DNA of 64,000 bases from Bispira polyomma. Its lineage: Eukaryota. The notes under the pieces were generated by a model. It ran no database searches. It was given only the letters and a program-made list of their open reading frames with translations, and was not told where the DNA came from. A program made the translations under genes and the position numbers. Positions 1 through 11,616 of the stretch are shown here, in pieces (positions within the stretch are counted from its first letter, which is position 1; the number at the start of each line of letters is the position of its first letter). The stretch spans positions 54,560,001-54,624,000 of the forward strand of contig OZ287752.1 of assembly GCA_965649765.1 (NCBI GenBank), read 5' to 3'.

Positions 1-149
1 ATGTAATTGAGGAATGGTAACATTTTTAAATGTGATTGATAGATTTATCTAACACATTTTTACAATATGTTTGGATACAATATATGTTAAATGATAATGA
101 GAAACAATTGATAGATTGCATTGCTTGTCATACAACATCACGTACATAC

Positions 150-220
150 GAATGTAGGCTGAGGTAAAATTCTCCAAATAGCTCTGCGAATCCATCCGAA
201 GTATTCAATAATGAGTCTAC
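150..220 (-). other. Candidate 71-bp exon (also 23122-23192 and 46425-46495)
   Basis: Acceptor gcttttaacag|G and donor TTC|GTATGT. Two frames are open and CpGs are retained in a CpG-poor context. Confidence 0.35.
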
Positions 221-1967
221 CTGTTAAAAGCACTGACACACTGTTCTAGTGTATGCCACTGTCAAGGTCATACATCTATCACATATTGTGGAATATAACG
301 CACTAATGATCCTCTAACTGTTGAACTGTCTTAGTCCAAAGTCACAGAAACCACTAAGGTCATGGCCACCAGGAAGATACAGAATAGAGTCAGGATGTAA
401 CTGGTAAAAACCAGTTTACATCAAACTCAGAGTTCAAAACTGAGAGAAGTGAACCCTCCTGGTGGCTATTCTATTGTCTCAGTCACTTATTGTGTACTTA
501 TGCGCCATTATTGATATCAGCTATATCTTCAAATGGACAGCATAAAGCTCAGGGTATATAAGGTAACACGTAAAGCTATATATGTTACAGCGAATTACAT
601 TCAGTCAGTGATTTCGCAAAATCCCTGATACATAATGTACTTTTTACACTTATTGAATGGATTTTAGGGAATTTGTGAAAGACACTAATTTTACTTTCTA
701 GTTAGGAAAATACATTAGAATCCAAAGTGAGCGAATTAATAATAAAGTCATAAATTATTGTGGGGTAATATGTTTTTAATCATTTTGTGAGTTCAGGAGC
801 ATCTGGTTCTGTAGAATACATATGAAACTTTCTGGGAAAAGACATACTTTAAAATAAAGACTAAATATAAAATTCAACCAGAATATTTGAACATACAGTG
901 AGCATTTGCATGTATTCATTAAAAACTTAAAACTCTACATGTGTACATACATTTTAAATAATCCATCATAATGTAAGAAACCTCTGAGGAGGTTGAGCTA
1001 GATGTCTTCTAGTGAATTACCGACAGAAAAGGATGTTGAATGTGGACTTCTTTATATTATATCCTAAAAATATGTTGTTTATGGGTGCATTATTACTCAG
1101 GGGACAGTTTTATATCAATTTTCCACAATTTTAAGTTACTTTACCATTGGAGCATATGACTACATAAGCATTGCTGGTCATCATAAGACTAATTGTATTA
1201 TCACATCTTGGCCAAGGCTATTCATCCCCAATGGTGGCATTACCAGGCACACTAGTGCCACTCAAACGCCAGCCAAGCTTCTAGGCCACTCTGCCACACT
1301 TCATGTAGTTTTGTGATAGACATGGTTATACTTTTTGTATTTTGCTTTTGTACTGTGAATTTATATGTACACATTGTGAAGAATTTGATGAAAAAGAAAA
1401 AAACAAATAAATTCTATTTCAGCCTCTAAAATATATCTAACTATGTATAAACAGAACTATGGCAAGTACGCGATGGAGTTATGAATAGCTATTTCCATTC
1501 ACAGAATTAGGCAAAATAAGAAAAAATATTGAGTTTTTTAGTTTTTTGTCTGCGAGTCAATATAGGTTTACTGGTACAGTTCACAAACTAAATTGGCCAG
1601 ACAATATATTCCATTATGCACTGGGAGTTGTAAAAGTGTTTAACAATAAACTTCTGGTATGGGATTATTATCTTATTCATTGAATTTTTAGCATGGGTAT
1701 TGTAGTAACTTATATAGGTTGTAGAGAATCAAATATTATATCTTCGGGAAGACAAATAACTACATTTCTAATAGTTTCATAAAATCAACATATATCATAT
1801 ATTAGCTAAGAACATTTTACACACTAAAAACTGATAGAGATATAATACCAAATTTTCAAATAATTAAGCATTTTAAAGTGTCTGATTAAATGGTGCAGAC
1901 ATATGCGAATTGCACGGTTATATTATCATTTAATAAATGTACTGCTGTCTAAAAATCTTTCACTTAC

Positions 1968-2157
1968 TTTAATCAGTTGCTGTTTGTTTTTTGTTACAGT
2001 AACATGGCGCAAAGTTTAGTAATGTGTCAAATTGGACAATTCTGAATCTGTGAGTATACTCCTTCAGATACAGACAAACTGTAAACCAGCTCCTCCAATC
2101 ATCCTTGTCCTAAGCTACCATGACTCTCAGAAGCAGTAAGGAAACAAGAGACCACCT
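1968..2157 (-). other. Candidate spliced non-coding or 3'UTR exon
   Basis: Acceptor tacttctacag|G and donor AAA|GTAAGT on the minus strand. All three frames are closed. Confidence 0.35.
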
Positions 2158-2176
2158 GTAGAAGTATTATTTTTAT

Positions 2177-2430
2177 GGGCCGTGGTGGCCTAGTGGTTAG
2201 CAAGCATTGCACTTCACAATCACTGGTCTCTCACCTCTGGGCGGCGTGAGTTCAACTCCCGTCGATGCCTATGTGGGAAAGGTGGTAGTTCCTTACTGTG
2301 GGCCCCTGGTTTAAGTGCAGAACCTTGACCAACTGTATGCAGTGTTTCCTCCAGCGTTTCCAACTACCCGTCCCAATATAACCTACTAGAAGGTACTAGA
2401 GTGAACGTTAAATATCTAAATTCAAATTTA
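2177..2430 (+). mobile_element. tRNA-derived SINE, family A, full length
   Basis: A box TGGCCTAGTGG (2186-2196), B box GTTCAACTCCC (2250-2260), AAATTCAAATTT tail. Possible TSD TATTTTTAT at 2168-2176 and 2438-2446. A second family member lies at 18095. Confidence 0.85.
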
Positions 2431-3406
2431 AGAGACATATTTTTATCAGAACCATTTATACAGTCCTATAAAGTGACAATGGTCGCCATAGGTAGGCAAT
2501 TGATGTTATTCGATGGTATAACCTGTATTACATTGCTGGAGGATAGAACCTGGGACTTTCTGATCACATTGCCCAACTCTATATCCACAAGGCTATGGGA
2601 GACCTGCGACTAAACCATAATATCAACATATATATCCTGGTATATCTTTGACATATATTTTTTGTATATATTTAAATTCAAGAAAGAGTTCTGTTTAAAA
2701 GTATTGTGACATTCTTGGCCATTTAGATAAATATTGAAAACCATTCCGTGGTAATTGAGGTTAAGCATAAATGTGAGTTTAAAACCTTTCCAAAATATGG
2801 CCTCTGATAACTTTGACCCACTATATCCAAAATACAAAACTGGTTGTTTCAAGTAAAGGTCCAAATGTTCATAAAGTAATGTGAATGATAAAATTTACTC
2901 TACATTGATAAAATTACTGTTGTGTGGCCTATGTGTATATACATGATTAGAATGAAATTATATTAGCAAGCTAATATATCATTTATTGTAAAATGCGCTT
3001 TTATTGGAAAAAATTATTATATGCATATATACTAGTTATATTATATAGACATTTCAATGATATCTACTAAAATATAGCACAGAAATGCAACAATAAATAG
3101 TATTGGGATGATAAGGTCAAAATTAAAGGTCAAAAAGACTCAAACCGAGGTCAAAGTATGAAAACTGCCGCAAATGGTGTGATCAGGGAATAACAACAGG
3201 TAATCATTACAGTGTGGTTAGAAAGTATATAGCTCAATATAACACTAACACGTGCACGCTTCGACTTCTTTCCTTACGACTTTGCTATATCCATGGACTT
3301 AATAATTACATCAATGATTCTGCTGTTACGCTTTAGAAGATGCCTAGCATCAATAAAGAGTGTTAAAAATTCATAATAATAGTAATAATCAGAACTAAAA
3401 CAGAAT

Positions 3407-3464
3407 TTTATTCAAGATATTTGGAGCATTATACGATTTTATTACATACATTCGGGAATTTATT
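3407..3464 (-). terminator. Candidate polyadenylation signals for the ORF transcript
   Basis: Three minus-strand AATAAA (plus-strand TTTATT at 3407, 3438, 3459), 280-330 bp after the stop. The AT-rich background makes chance occurrence possible. Confidence 0.35.
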
Positions 3465-3740
3465 TAGGAAAGTGATATCCTTCTTCAATGATACAAGTAG
3501 ACTATTCAGGTATAGAAAGGTCCTTTTAGTGTACTTGTATATATCTACAAATATCTTCAAAACACAACATGCAATAAAACAAATCCAATCTACAGAGAAT
3601 TACTACTCGTATCACATCGAAGGTTATTTAAGAAACATCCAATTAATTAATTGTGACTTATTGTGCTACTTGATAAAAAATAAAAATAAATATTGATTGG
3701 TTTGATGGGTTGAATGTTTGTGACCCAGACACCTTACGGT

Positions 3741-4340
3741 TTAGGACACATTGTACTGTATCCTGTCGAAATTGTCTGTCATGAACCTATTCAAGGGAGG
3801 CTCCAGTGAGTTAATGATCTCCTGAAAGCAAATTTCTGCAGCAACCATATAGCCCTGCAACTTCAACTGTTCACGGATGTAGTAATCAATGGCCAGACAT
3901 GTAAACACAAAAGAACTAATCAAAAATAGCCACATCAAGCGAAATGTTGATTCCTCTGCTGATTTTTTCTGTGACACCACATCCATGCACTGGTTCGCCT
4001 GGATAGAGAATTCCAATTCCAGGATGTTGCCCCAATCCAGCTTGCATGTGTACAGCTCTTCCGCCTTCCCATGGTGTAACACCCAGATTTTAAACAGTCT
4101 TCTGATAAGCATCCACAGCCACCCAAATAGGTTGTTGTCACCTCGGCTGTTCCATTCATGTTCGGTCCCACAGGTTAGGCCATATACAAACTTGCCAAGT
4201 ATTGTCAACACTCGTCGTTGAAGTATGATTTCACAAGCACGATCGGGTGTATCCTGACTAAATGCATAGTACGAAATCATGCAACCAATTACCACTGCTA
4301 AATACCTGAACAGTAGAAGTTGTTTTCTAGTAAATGTCAT
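3741..4340 (-). CDS. Orphan 199-aa predicted membrane protein (N-terminal signal/anchor, 4-Cys loop, second TM), copy 1
   Basis: By far the longest ORF in an AT-rich unit. ATG at 4340 in AAGATGA context (the track starts two codons earlier at GTG). Hydrophobic segments LLLFRYLAVVIGCMISYYAF and LMWLFLISSFVFTCLAI. CpGs retained, TGACG cluster upstream, three minus-strand AATAAA about 300 bp downstream. No family recognised. Confidence 0.7.
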   Translation of the reverse strand: MTFTRKQLLLFRYLAVVIGCMISYYAFSQDTPDRACEIILQRRVLTILGKFVYGLTCGTEHEWNSRGDNNLFGWLWMLIRRLFKIWVLHHGKAEELYTCKLDWGNILELEFSIQANQCMDVVSQKKSAEESTFRLMWLFLISSFVFTCLAIDYYIREQLKLQGYMVAAEICFQEIINSLEPPLNRFMTDNFDRIQYNVS

Positions 4341-4404
4341 CTTCACTTGTGCTACTATGATAATTAAGCAAAACTGACACGTATCTATGTAAAATGGTTT
4401 TTGT

Positions 4405-4471
4405 CGTCATAAGTTTGCAATCATGACGTACACAACGTCACACCATGACGTATGTATCCATTGTGACGTCA
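4405..4471 (-). promoter_or_regulatory. Cluster of CRE/ATF-like sites, putative promoter of the 199-aa ORF (also at ~27214-27280 and ~50517-50584)
   Basis: Five TGACG cores in 67 bp: CGTCA 4405, TGACGTA 4424, ACGTCA 4435, TGACGTA 4446 and a perfect TGACGTCA at 4464-4471. They lie 65-130 bp upstream of the ATG. Confidence 0.5.
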
Positions 4472-4794
4472 TTTATGCCTTCTCGTTTATTCTCACATGT
4501 GAGGACAATTATAAGTACATTTGACTATGTATGACTCCATCTGTTGCAGAATTATTCTATGATTAGTAGCAGCATTCAGAATTTTCACCAAGTAGTATGT
4601 CGTTGTTGTTTTATATTTCAAATATGAACTAGAATCTAGTTTAAGATATTCTAAACATAGAACATATAAAGACGTTTGAACAAAAACAGAACAGGCGATT
4701 CAGCTAGAAGATGACGTATGTGTTTGTAGTTTGTCCCTTAATATTTAGGAAAGAAATATTGATCACATAAATACATCTAGTTAAGGGATAATGT

Positions 4795-4911
4795 TGGTGA
4801 GTTAGTCAGGTACTTGCCATAGGTGAGTGGTTTCTTCCGCTATTGAATCTGGCTTTCGTGATATGAGCTAAGCTGTTAAAAGCGACGTAAAACGCAACTA
4901 AATTCAAATTC
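4795..4911 (+). mobile_element. 3' fragment of SINE family B (present in each unit)
   Basis: CAGGTACTTGC...TTTCTTCC...AATCTGGC...GATAT...AAGCGACGTAAAA...AACTAAATTCAAAT matches the 3' half of 17641-17848. Confidence 0.65.
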
Positions 4912-5882
4912 TTATATGTCACTATAATAAATAAAAAATAGTAAAAAATATAATGCAAAATTGCTTTCCACAGAAATAACCATGTTTTGTTATGTTTTCT
5001 TTTTCTGAGTCTAGCCAACTTCCAGTTCCTTTAATCAATGGAATGGAAACTGTCAAAAGTTTAATTCAGGGAAATTGCAGGTTTTCTTAGTGAAAAGTTC
5101 CAACAGTAGAAAATTTAATCTATGGTTTTAGAATGATTACTAAAAATAATTATATGTTTCTCATTAATGGTGTTTATGGATACTTTCAAAGATATTTTGC
5201 CATTTAGCCCATTTTATAATGCATTCTGTCAGTGTACAAAAAGTAGACCCATTGGTCTGATTGGGTATACTGTTAGTGCATTTTATTGTACTCAGATCAA
5301 AGCCTGGGAAATTCCTAGCTAGTTGTTTTTTGGGATATAATCCACTACAAAACCATATAATCATGACCCCCCCCCCCAGCCCCCAACCCCCCTCTGTCAG
5401 AGAGTAATAAATTAAACTACTTAACCAACCACAAGAAAGGCATTAAGTGAATCCTCATAGGTAACATTATGTATCATTGTGGTGTTCTTTTAATTGTGGT
5501 TTAATCTTTCCATCTATCCAAGCTGTTAATGTACAATGGTAGTATGTAGTACATAGGGTGTATCCAGAGGGTGTCGAGGGTCCAGGCCCCAGAGCCGGGC
5601 TCCGGGTCCAGGAATACCTATCTAGGGGGCAAGGCCCCAGATACAGGGGATGGTCCAGGGGCTGACCAAACATGAATAAAACAGTCAAATTTCAACAATT
5701 ATGTTAACAATATACTCTAAGAGTGAACCTAAGACCTAGATCCGATACATGGTGTATTTTAGCATATTAACTGTACCCAAGTGTATATTAAAGTTTAAAT
5801 CATCCTCTTTAGAGGTATAGTCCGTTACCAAATATACCAAATAGGGGGTAACTCAGCATTGGTAAAATAATGTATTCTCAGT

Positions 5883-6022
5883 ATTTGAATTTAGTTAGGT
5901 TTTAGTGTCACCTTAAAAAGTTTCGAGTTTATATCAAGATGGTCAGACTTAATGATGGAAGAAACCAGTGCTAAAGCACTTTAAACCACCAGCTTATGGC
6001 AAGTACAAACTTTCCCACATGT
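5883..6022 (-). mobile_element. Diverged SINE 3' fragment on the minus strand (present in each unit)
   Basis: Reverse complement reads ATGTGGGAAAGTTTGTACTTGCCATA...GGTTTCTTCCATCATTAAGTCTGACCATCTTGATATAA...AACTAAATTCAAAT. Confidence 0.6.
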
Positions 6023-7679
6023 TTCTTTGTCAAATGTAATAGGTACACTATTGTACATGGAAAATAACCATTCTGTCACATACTTATTATTAAAAAATTG
6101 CATTTTGTATGTGTAAAACAACAGCTTAAATCTATATAGTTTGGTGTTTTCTTTTCTGAAAATGGAAGAAACAATTGTGTTTTATCTCCAAATATCACAA
6201 ACCTCCTTTCTCCTATCAGACTATTCTTTTGCTCATTGTTTGGAATATGCGCCACAGAGGATGCCTGGTCATCAATTGTGGAACTATAGAAGTCAACACA
6301 TTAACATTAAAACATATCTTTCTTTTTGATATTTTGTCCTCAGTTTTTGCCCTTAACTATATGTGTACTCTGATAATCCCATGAGTGTAAAAAAGGCTAA
6401 TATTGGTACATTGTTTTGTTTTACAATTTTAAGCTCCATTGTCAGGCTATCATATTATATAAGTACATTTGTAATACCTACTCATAATTCCTGTCAGAAG
6501 GAATCTAGGCCATGCATTCATTGGGGATTACCCCACTATCTAACTATATGCATTACATATCATTGACGCCCCAAAAAGGCATCAATTGCCTGAACAATTT
6601 TCTTTAAGTGAGTGTAATAGGATTACCTTACTTTTACACTTGTATGTATTTATGCGGTGGTGCTTTCTAGCTTGTATTATAACAATATGTCCGATAATGC
6701 CATGTACAAAAATAAAATTCTCTTTTTTTACATTGACCGTATACCAACTTTCAAAATTTCACTATAATTTTTCCCTCATTCTATGATGCATTTTTTCCAG
6801 TTTATCCATTCAATATGGCTGTTACAATTGTTACTTTCAGAGTTTGGTGTTAAATCCTGGGAGGGATTTGTACATATAGCAAAATTATTTTCATTTCTTT
6901 TTTTATTAAAACAAAAATCATCTCTTTCTACACGATTTGATATGTTAAGATATTAATGTAATCTTTTAATGCAATACAGGTTATATGGCTTATTTAACGA
7001 TAACAGAACATCCATGACGAGGTGACCAAACATGGTTAAATAACAGAAGTCTGCTGGTGTATCCTACAAATATGAAACATTACTTGGCTATTCCTGATCT
7101 CACGAGAGGTCATTTCTGGGGAGGGGGGGGGGACAATTTCGAAGTTAATTAATTTATTTTAAATAATGCTTTTATATATTACTGTTCAAACATATTTAAC
7201 TTAAAAAATAAGTCTGATATGGGAAGAATTTTAAGCAGTACATGTGAGTTTATTTTTGCCTGCAAAATGAGACATTTGTGAGGTGGGTCAATTAACTTCA
7301 GATCACCTGCCCTATCTTTAAAGCCGCCATGCATATGTAGTAATGAAAAAGGTGCTTTCTGTTCATTCTGTTTTTTTAAATAAATGCACATGTAAAAATG
7401 AATCACACAATAAATTGAAATTGCAAGGCACAGCAATCAACAACAAAAAGTAAATATTAAGTCAACCACAGACATAGGAAGTTTATTTGGCACCTGCTAG
7501 TCTCTGATTTGCTTTTTATTTCTGGTTACCAGTCACGTGATTAGTAAATAGAATAGTATTTGTGAAGGTCAAACATACGAAGAAAAAAAAGGTCTAGCAG
7601 AAATGAAAGAGAAAAGTATCTATTTAACCCAAATATTGATAATATTTATTTGTGCTTAAGAACATATTTATTTTCTGAA

Positions 7680-7930
7680 TTTCTCTCCCAGGTCACCATT
7701 CATATTTCTCTTTCTATAAAACGTAAACCTGAGTAGACTTTGATTTATTTGTCCTACAAAGTTCTGTATACAAGTCCAGATTACTCCATCAAGTGTTTGA
7801 CAACCACATACACACAACCACTGTAGGTCCCTAGCACTTCCTTGCACTCATTTGTCTTCACAAACTGGTGAGATCTGACCATGGACAACATTCCTCAGTC
7901 GTCGAGTGGATTATTTACGCAACTTTTATC
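7680..7930 (-). mobile_element. Possible highly degenerate Tc1 transposase N-terminal (HTH) remnant, present in each unit
   Basis: PLDD*GMLSMVRSHQFVKTNECKEVL...KHLME*SGL loosely resembles the Tc1 pattern TPRDDRxIxRxVxxxxFxTAxEI...RRLxESGL. Confidence 0.3.
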
Positions 7931-9888
7931 TGAGCTCTCTAACTTCTGAGCACTTTACCAGTTACTAGCTACTAAAAAACTACTATATATCGAATCTACA
8001 GTTTTATTTTATATCAATCAATCTCTTTCTGGTACAATTCTGTAACAGAGTAGTATGCAAAAACAGCTTTACAATTTCTATATTTCTATCTTAACATCAC
8101 ACATTTGGTAATATTAGTTTTCAATTTTTATAAACACGTATTTCATGTTTTACATTTATGAGCATTTGACGATAATGATATTTTAGAACATACATTCAAA
8201 AGGTAAAAGTGTATTTTACATGCACAAGCAAAATTCAAACAAAAATATAATATTTAATGGCCAAAAATGTTGATCAAAAGTGTTTTCGTGGTACTATTAA
8301 GTTCTAAATCTATTTTAAACATCACTAATATTTGCCACAAAAAAACATAGATTTGAAAGAACACTGAAGATAAACATGTACTTTAACAAACATAAATATT
8401 TCATGTGTATTAATTAAATATTAGTCAAATATATATATTTTTTAAAATTTTGAAGCTAAGTAAAGGAAAAGAGAGTCCAGATTTGATAAAATTGCCCTAC
8501 TTTTTGACTGATGAACTTGCTTATCAGTTATTACTCATTCAATATCACCTAACATTTCACAACACACACAAGACCCCCCTTTCAGTACACAACCGTGAGA
8601 GCCACTTAGTAATTCCACCCACCAAGTGAACTGACATTTAATTACCATATAACTTCATAATATTTGGTAGAGAAGCTGAGGTTTTGAATGACAGCTGTAA
8701 TGAAAGCATTGAGCTAGGCTTTCACCATTATACAAAAGCTTGAGAAACCTATTTGTCCCAGGTTTATATAGGTTTACATCAACATCATGCTTCTTGTTCA
8801 TCAACTTTCAGCAAAATATGCAATCTTTTGGCATTTCCTGTTACATTGCCAAAAAACACCTTCTCTTTCAAAAATATGGAAGTTACAAAGTCAAAATACA
8901 AACATACGCAAAGCTTTACCCAAACATACATTGCTGCATATCAAACGTATAGTGGTTTTTAGCAAATGATGAATGATTAAATTTTGCACAAAATGTGTAT
9001 GACCAAAGCTTCCGATATTTGTTAGGGTGTTCTCTACTTGAAAATAGAGTGGCGTTATCCGGTTCCCAAACCTCACCTACTTAGATTACATCCTTATTGT
9101 ACAGTTATACTTATACATATATAGTTGTGTCTAAAATGCCATTAATTCTAAGATCCTTTTTAAGATTATTGGAAAATAGTAGACACATATTTCAATCGGA
9201 AAGTGCCAGGTTTAATTTAATTATTGTAAGACTACTTGGGGTTTATACAAATTCATTACGGAACATAACACCATAGCAATATTTTATATGTTTACATATA
9301 TCATAGACATACGCACAAATATACCATATAATATAGACAATGTGTCGAAAAACATGGATGGTTACTACTGATTGTTCAACATGTTTGGTGCTTTTAAAAA
9401 AAACTGTATGTTTTAAAACGTTATCACCATGTGAGTCATAAATCTTCAATATAACCTTACTATTAGTCTTGCTGAACAACAAAAGATTGTTTCAAACATT
9501 ATAGCTTTGTTTTACTATATTTCAGAGTTATAATTCATACCACAAGACTCAGTTACTGCTATGGTAGTCATGATGATAATACTGACATACAAGTTAAGAG
9601 AAGTAAGTCAACTATAACACCTTAGGTAAATGTAAACTATATCTACTAAAACACTTGTCGTCCAGCACAGAATGAATGACAACAATAACTATTTATAATA
9701 TGTCTGTGAAGTTCACTGGTATCTGTACATTATCTGAGATCTTGACATATAAAAACCATTCTTATTTCTGTAGACAAGTTTCATTTTTCACATTAGACCA
9801 AATGTGCCGCTACATGTATTATTTACAATTATGCTTGTTGCCTACTTCTAGTTAAATCTGTATAGAATCATTGCAGTCCACGTGCACC

Positions 9889-10088
9889 GCCCTCCAAAAT
9901 GGACGCTATTCGCCCCCCCCTCCCCCCAAATGACCTACTTATAAAACAGCCCATTGGTTGAAAATATCCCCTGCCTCCCGTTCTTTTAGATGAATGATTT
10001 CATAGTCCTGTCCCTCCAGCATGGCCGCCATTTGTTTATTTCCCCTACTTATATAACAGCCCATAGGTTGAAAATATCGTCTGCCTCC
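9889..10088. repeat. Duplicated module containing YY1-, TATA- and CCAAT-like motifs
   Basis: 9934-9978 matches 10044-10088 at 41 of 45 positions. Each is preceded by CCCTCCA..ATGG.CGC.ATT. Confidence 0.75.
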
Positions 10089-10881
10089 TTTTTTCCAGGC
10101 CGGCAGCTTTCTCAGTCTCTTCCTGTTCCCTATGGACCACTATCTCCACACTTTCTCTGGGTGACAGGTACCTGAGATTGACCACATCTACTGGACAGTT
10201 CAGACTGTCTAGCCTGGCATGTAAACTAGCCTTTCTGGTCTCGGGATTGGGTTGTTTCAAATCCATTCTGCACTTTTTGTTGTACATATTACTATCACCT
10301 TTAAGAAGAGATAAAACAGCTTTTTCTGTTAACAATATTGTTATAAATTCACAACCACACTGAACAAATATTTTTATACTATACACTTGCAACAGTATTT
10401 TGCACAAGTTAAATTTTCTTGTAGTTTAATTATATTTTTACGAACAATCCCTGAAACGTTTGTTCTCTAGCATTAAACAAATGTTGTTTTTTTTTATCAC
10501 AATTGTTTGTTTAAATAGCTATCTATCTAACTTCTATTTAGTTTATTCTTAAATAAGCTACCAACACCACACGATGTTCGAACATAGACACTCTGATTTA
10601 CTCAGAGCATTGTGCATTGATGGAGCATAATATATATGAAACTGATGGCATTGATGGACACAAGAGTAAGTAATGAGAGTTGAGTAAGACATTCAGCCTT
10701 CTTCACAAAACAAAAGCATGACTGGATGTGTTCATCAAATTACTGATTTATCTGGACCACATTTCTGCTTCCTTTCAAAGACCTCTGGGTATAAATTGAC
10801 CTTAGCATAATTTTTACTTTTCCTGGTTGAGCATTGCAAACTTGGACAGATTCCCTATAATGAATATGGGAGTACTATTTA

Positions 10882-10886
<5 letters not shown>

Positions 10887-10933
<47 letters not shown>
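10887..10933. repeat. (TA)23 microsatellite
   Basis: Direct read. (TA)18 at 33721-33757 and (TA)15 at 56766-56796. Confidence 0.95.
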
Positions 10934-10935
<2 letters not shown>

Positions 10936-11346
10936 GGTATTCTTCTCGCTGGGGTCATCCGGGTGGTTAGATAGGCTAGGCTAATATTCTCAAAAAAAAT
11001 TGTGAGGCAGAGGAAATTCACATTCGATACAAAAGCCAAGGTGACACTTACGTCTAGCAATAAGTAATTCAGTAAAGTGGTATGTTCGCTTAACCATGAT
11101 CAACATTACAACCTTACTGAAAAATAATGGGCGTTATAATCCTCTTGGTGAGCATTCTGAATATCTATTTTTTTTTTTCAAAATGACTGTCAAGTTGTAG
11201 AAATTGGTTTAGTGTTGGTATTAATAGAAACATCATTTCATTAAAAAAAGGGATTATAATTCACACAAATTAAGGCAATTTTTGATACTAAATAAATAAT
11301 AATTGTAATGATAGTTGTCACCTGATATAGTTATGAACAACACTGT

Positions 11347-11612
11347 TATTTAATGTGCTATGACATTATTACCCCACCCTGGGTTCTTCTACTTGTCAAA
11401 TAATAGTTCACTCTCAGCTCCCTTAGGGAGAATACTGGCCATGCCGCCACACATACAGAGCACAAACACCACTTTAGTGGCCAGGTACCCATTTATACAC
11501 GTGGGTAGAGAGGGACAACTTCGTGCATATTCCAAGGATAACCAGGCCAGCAGCGAGCATCGAATCTCGACCTTCACATCCAAAGTACACTCTAACCAAT
11601 AGGCCACAGAGT
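11347..11612 (-). mobile_element. tRNA-derived SINE with CORE-like central domain
   Basis: Minus strand: A box TGGCCTATTGG, B-box-like GATTCGATGCT, then CCCTCTCTACCCACGTGTATAAATGGGTACC, which resembles the conserved central domain of invertebrate SINEs. Confidence 0.7.
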
Positions 11613-11616
11613 GGTT

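Noticed and set aside
2177-2262. Functional tRNA gene
   Set aside because: The A-B box spacing is extended, no cloverleaf forms, and it continues into a SINE body repeated elsewhere.
3421-3696. 91-aa plus-strand ORF
   Set aside because: TTG start and an I/Y/K/N-biased composition typical of random AT-rich DNA.
3889-4221. 110-aa antisense and 78-aa alternative-frame ORFs overlapping the main ORF
   Set aside because: Expected shadow ORFs of a more GC-rich coding region.
3741-4340. Brl1/Brr6 resemblance (two TMs, four Cys, QEIINSLEPP similar to AEIINSFxEP)
   Set aside because: The Cys spacing differs, the motif lies after the second TM rather than before it, and the family is not expected in animals. 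Only a profile search could rescue it.
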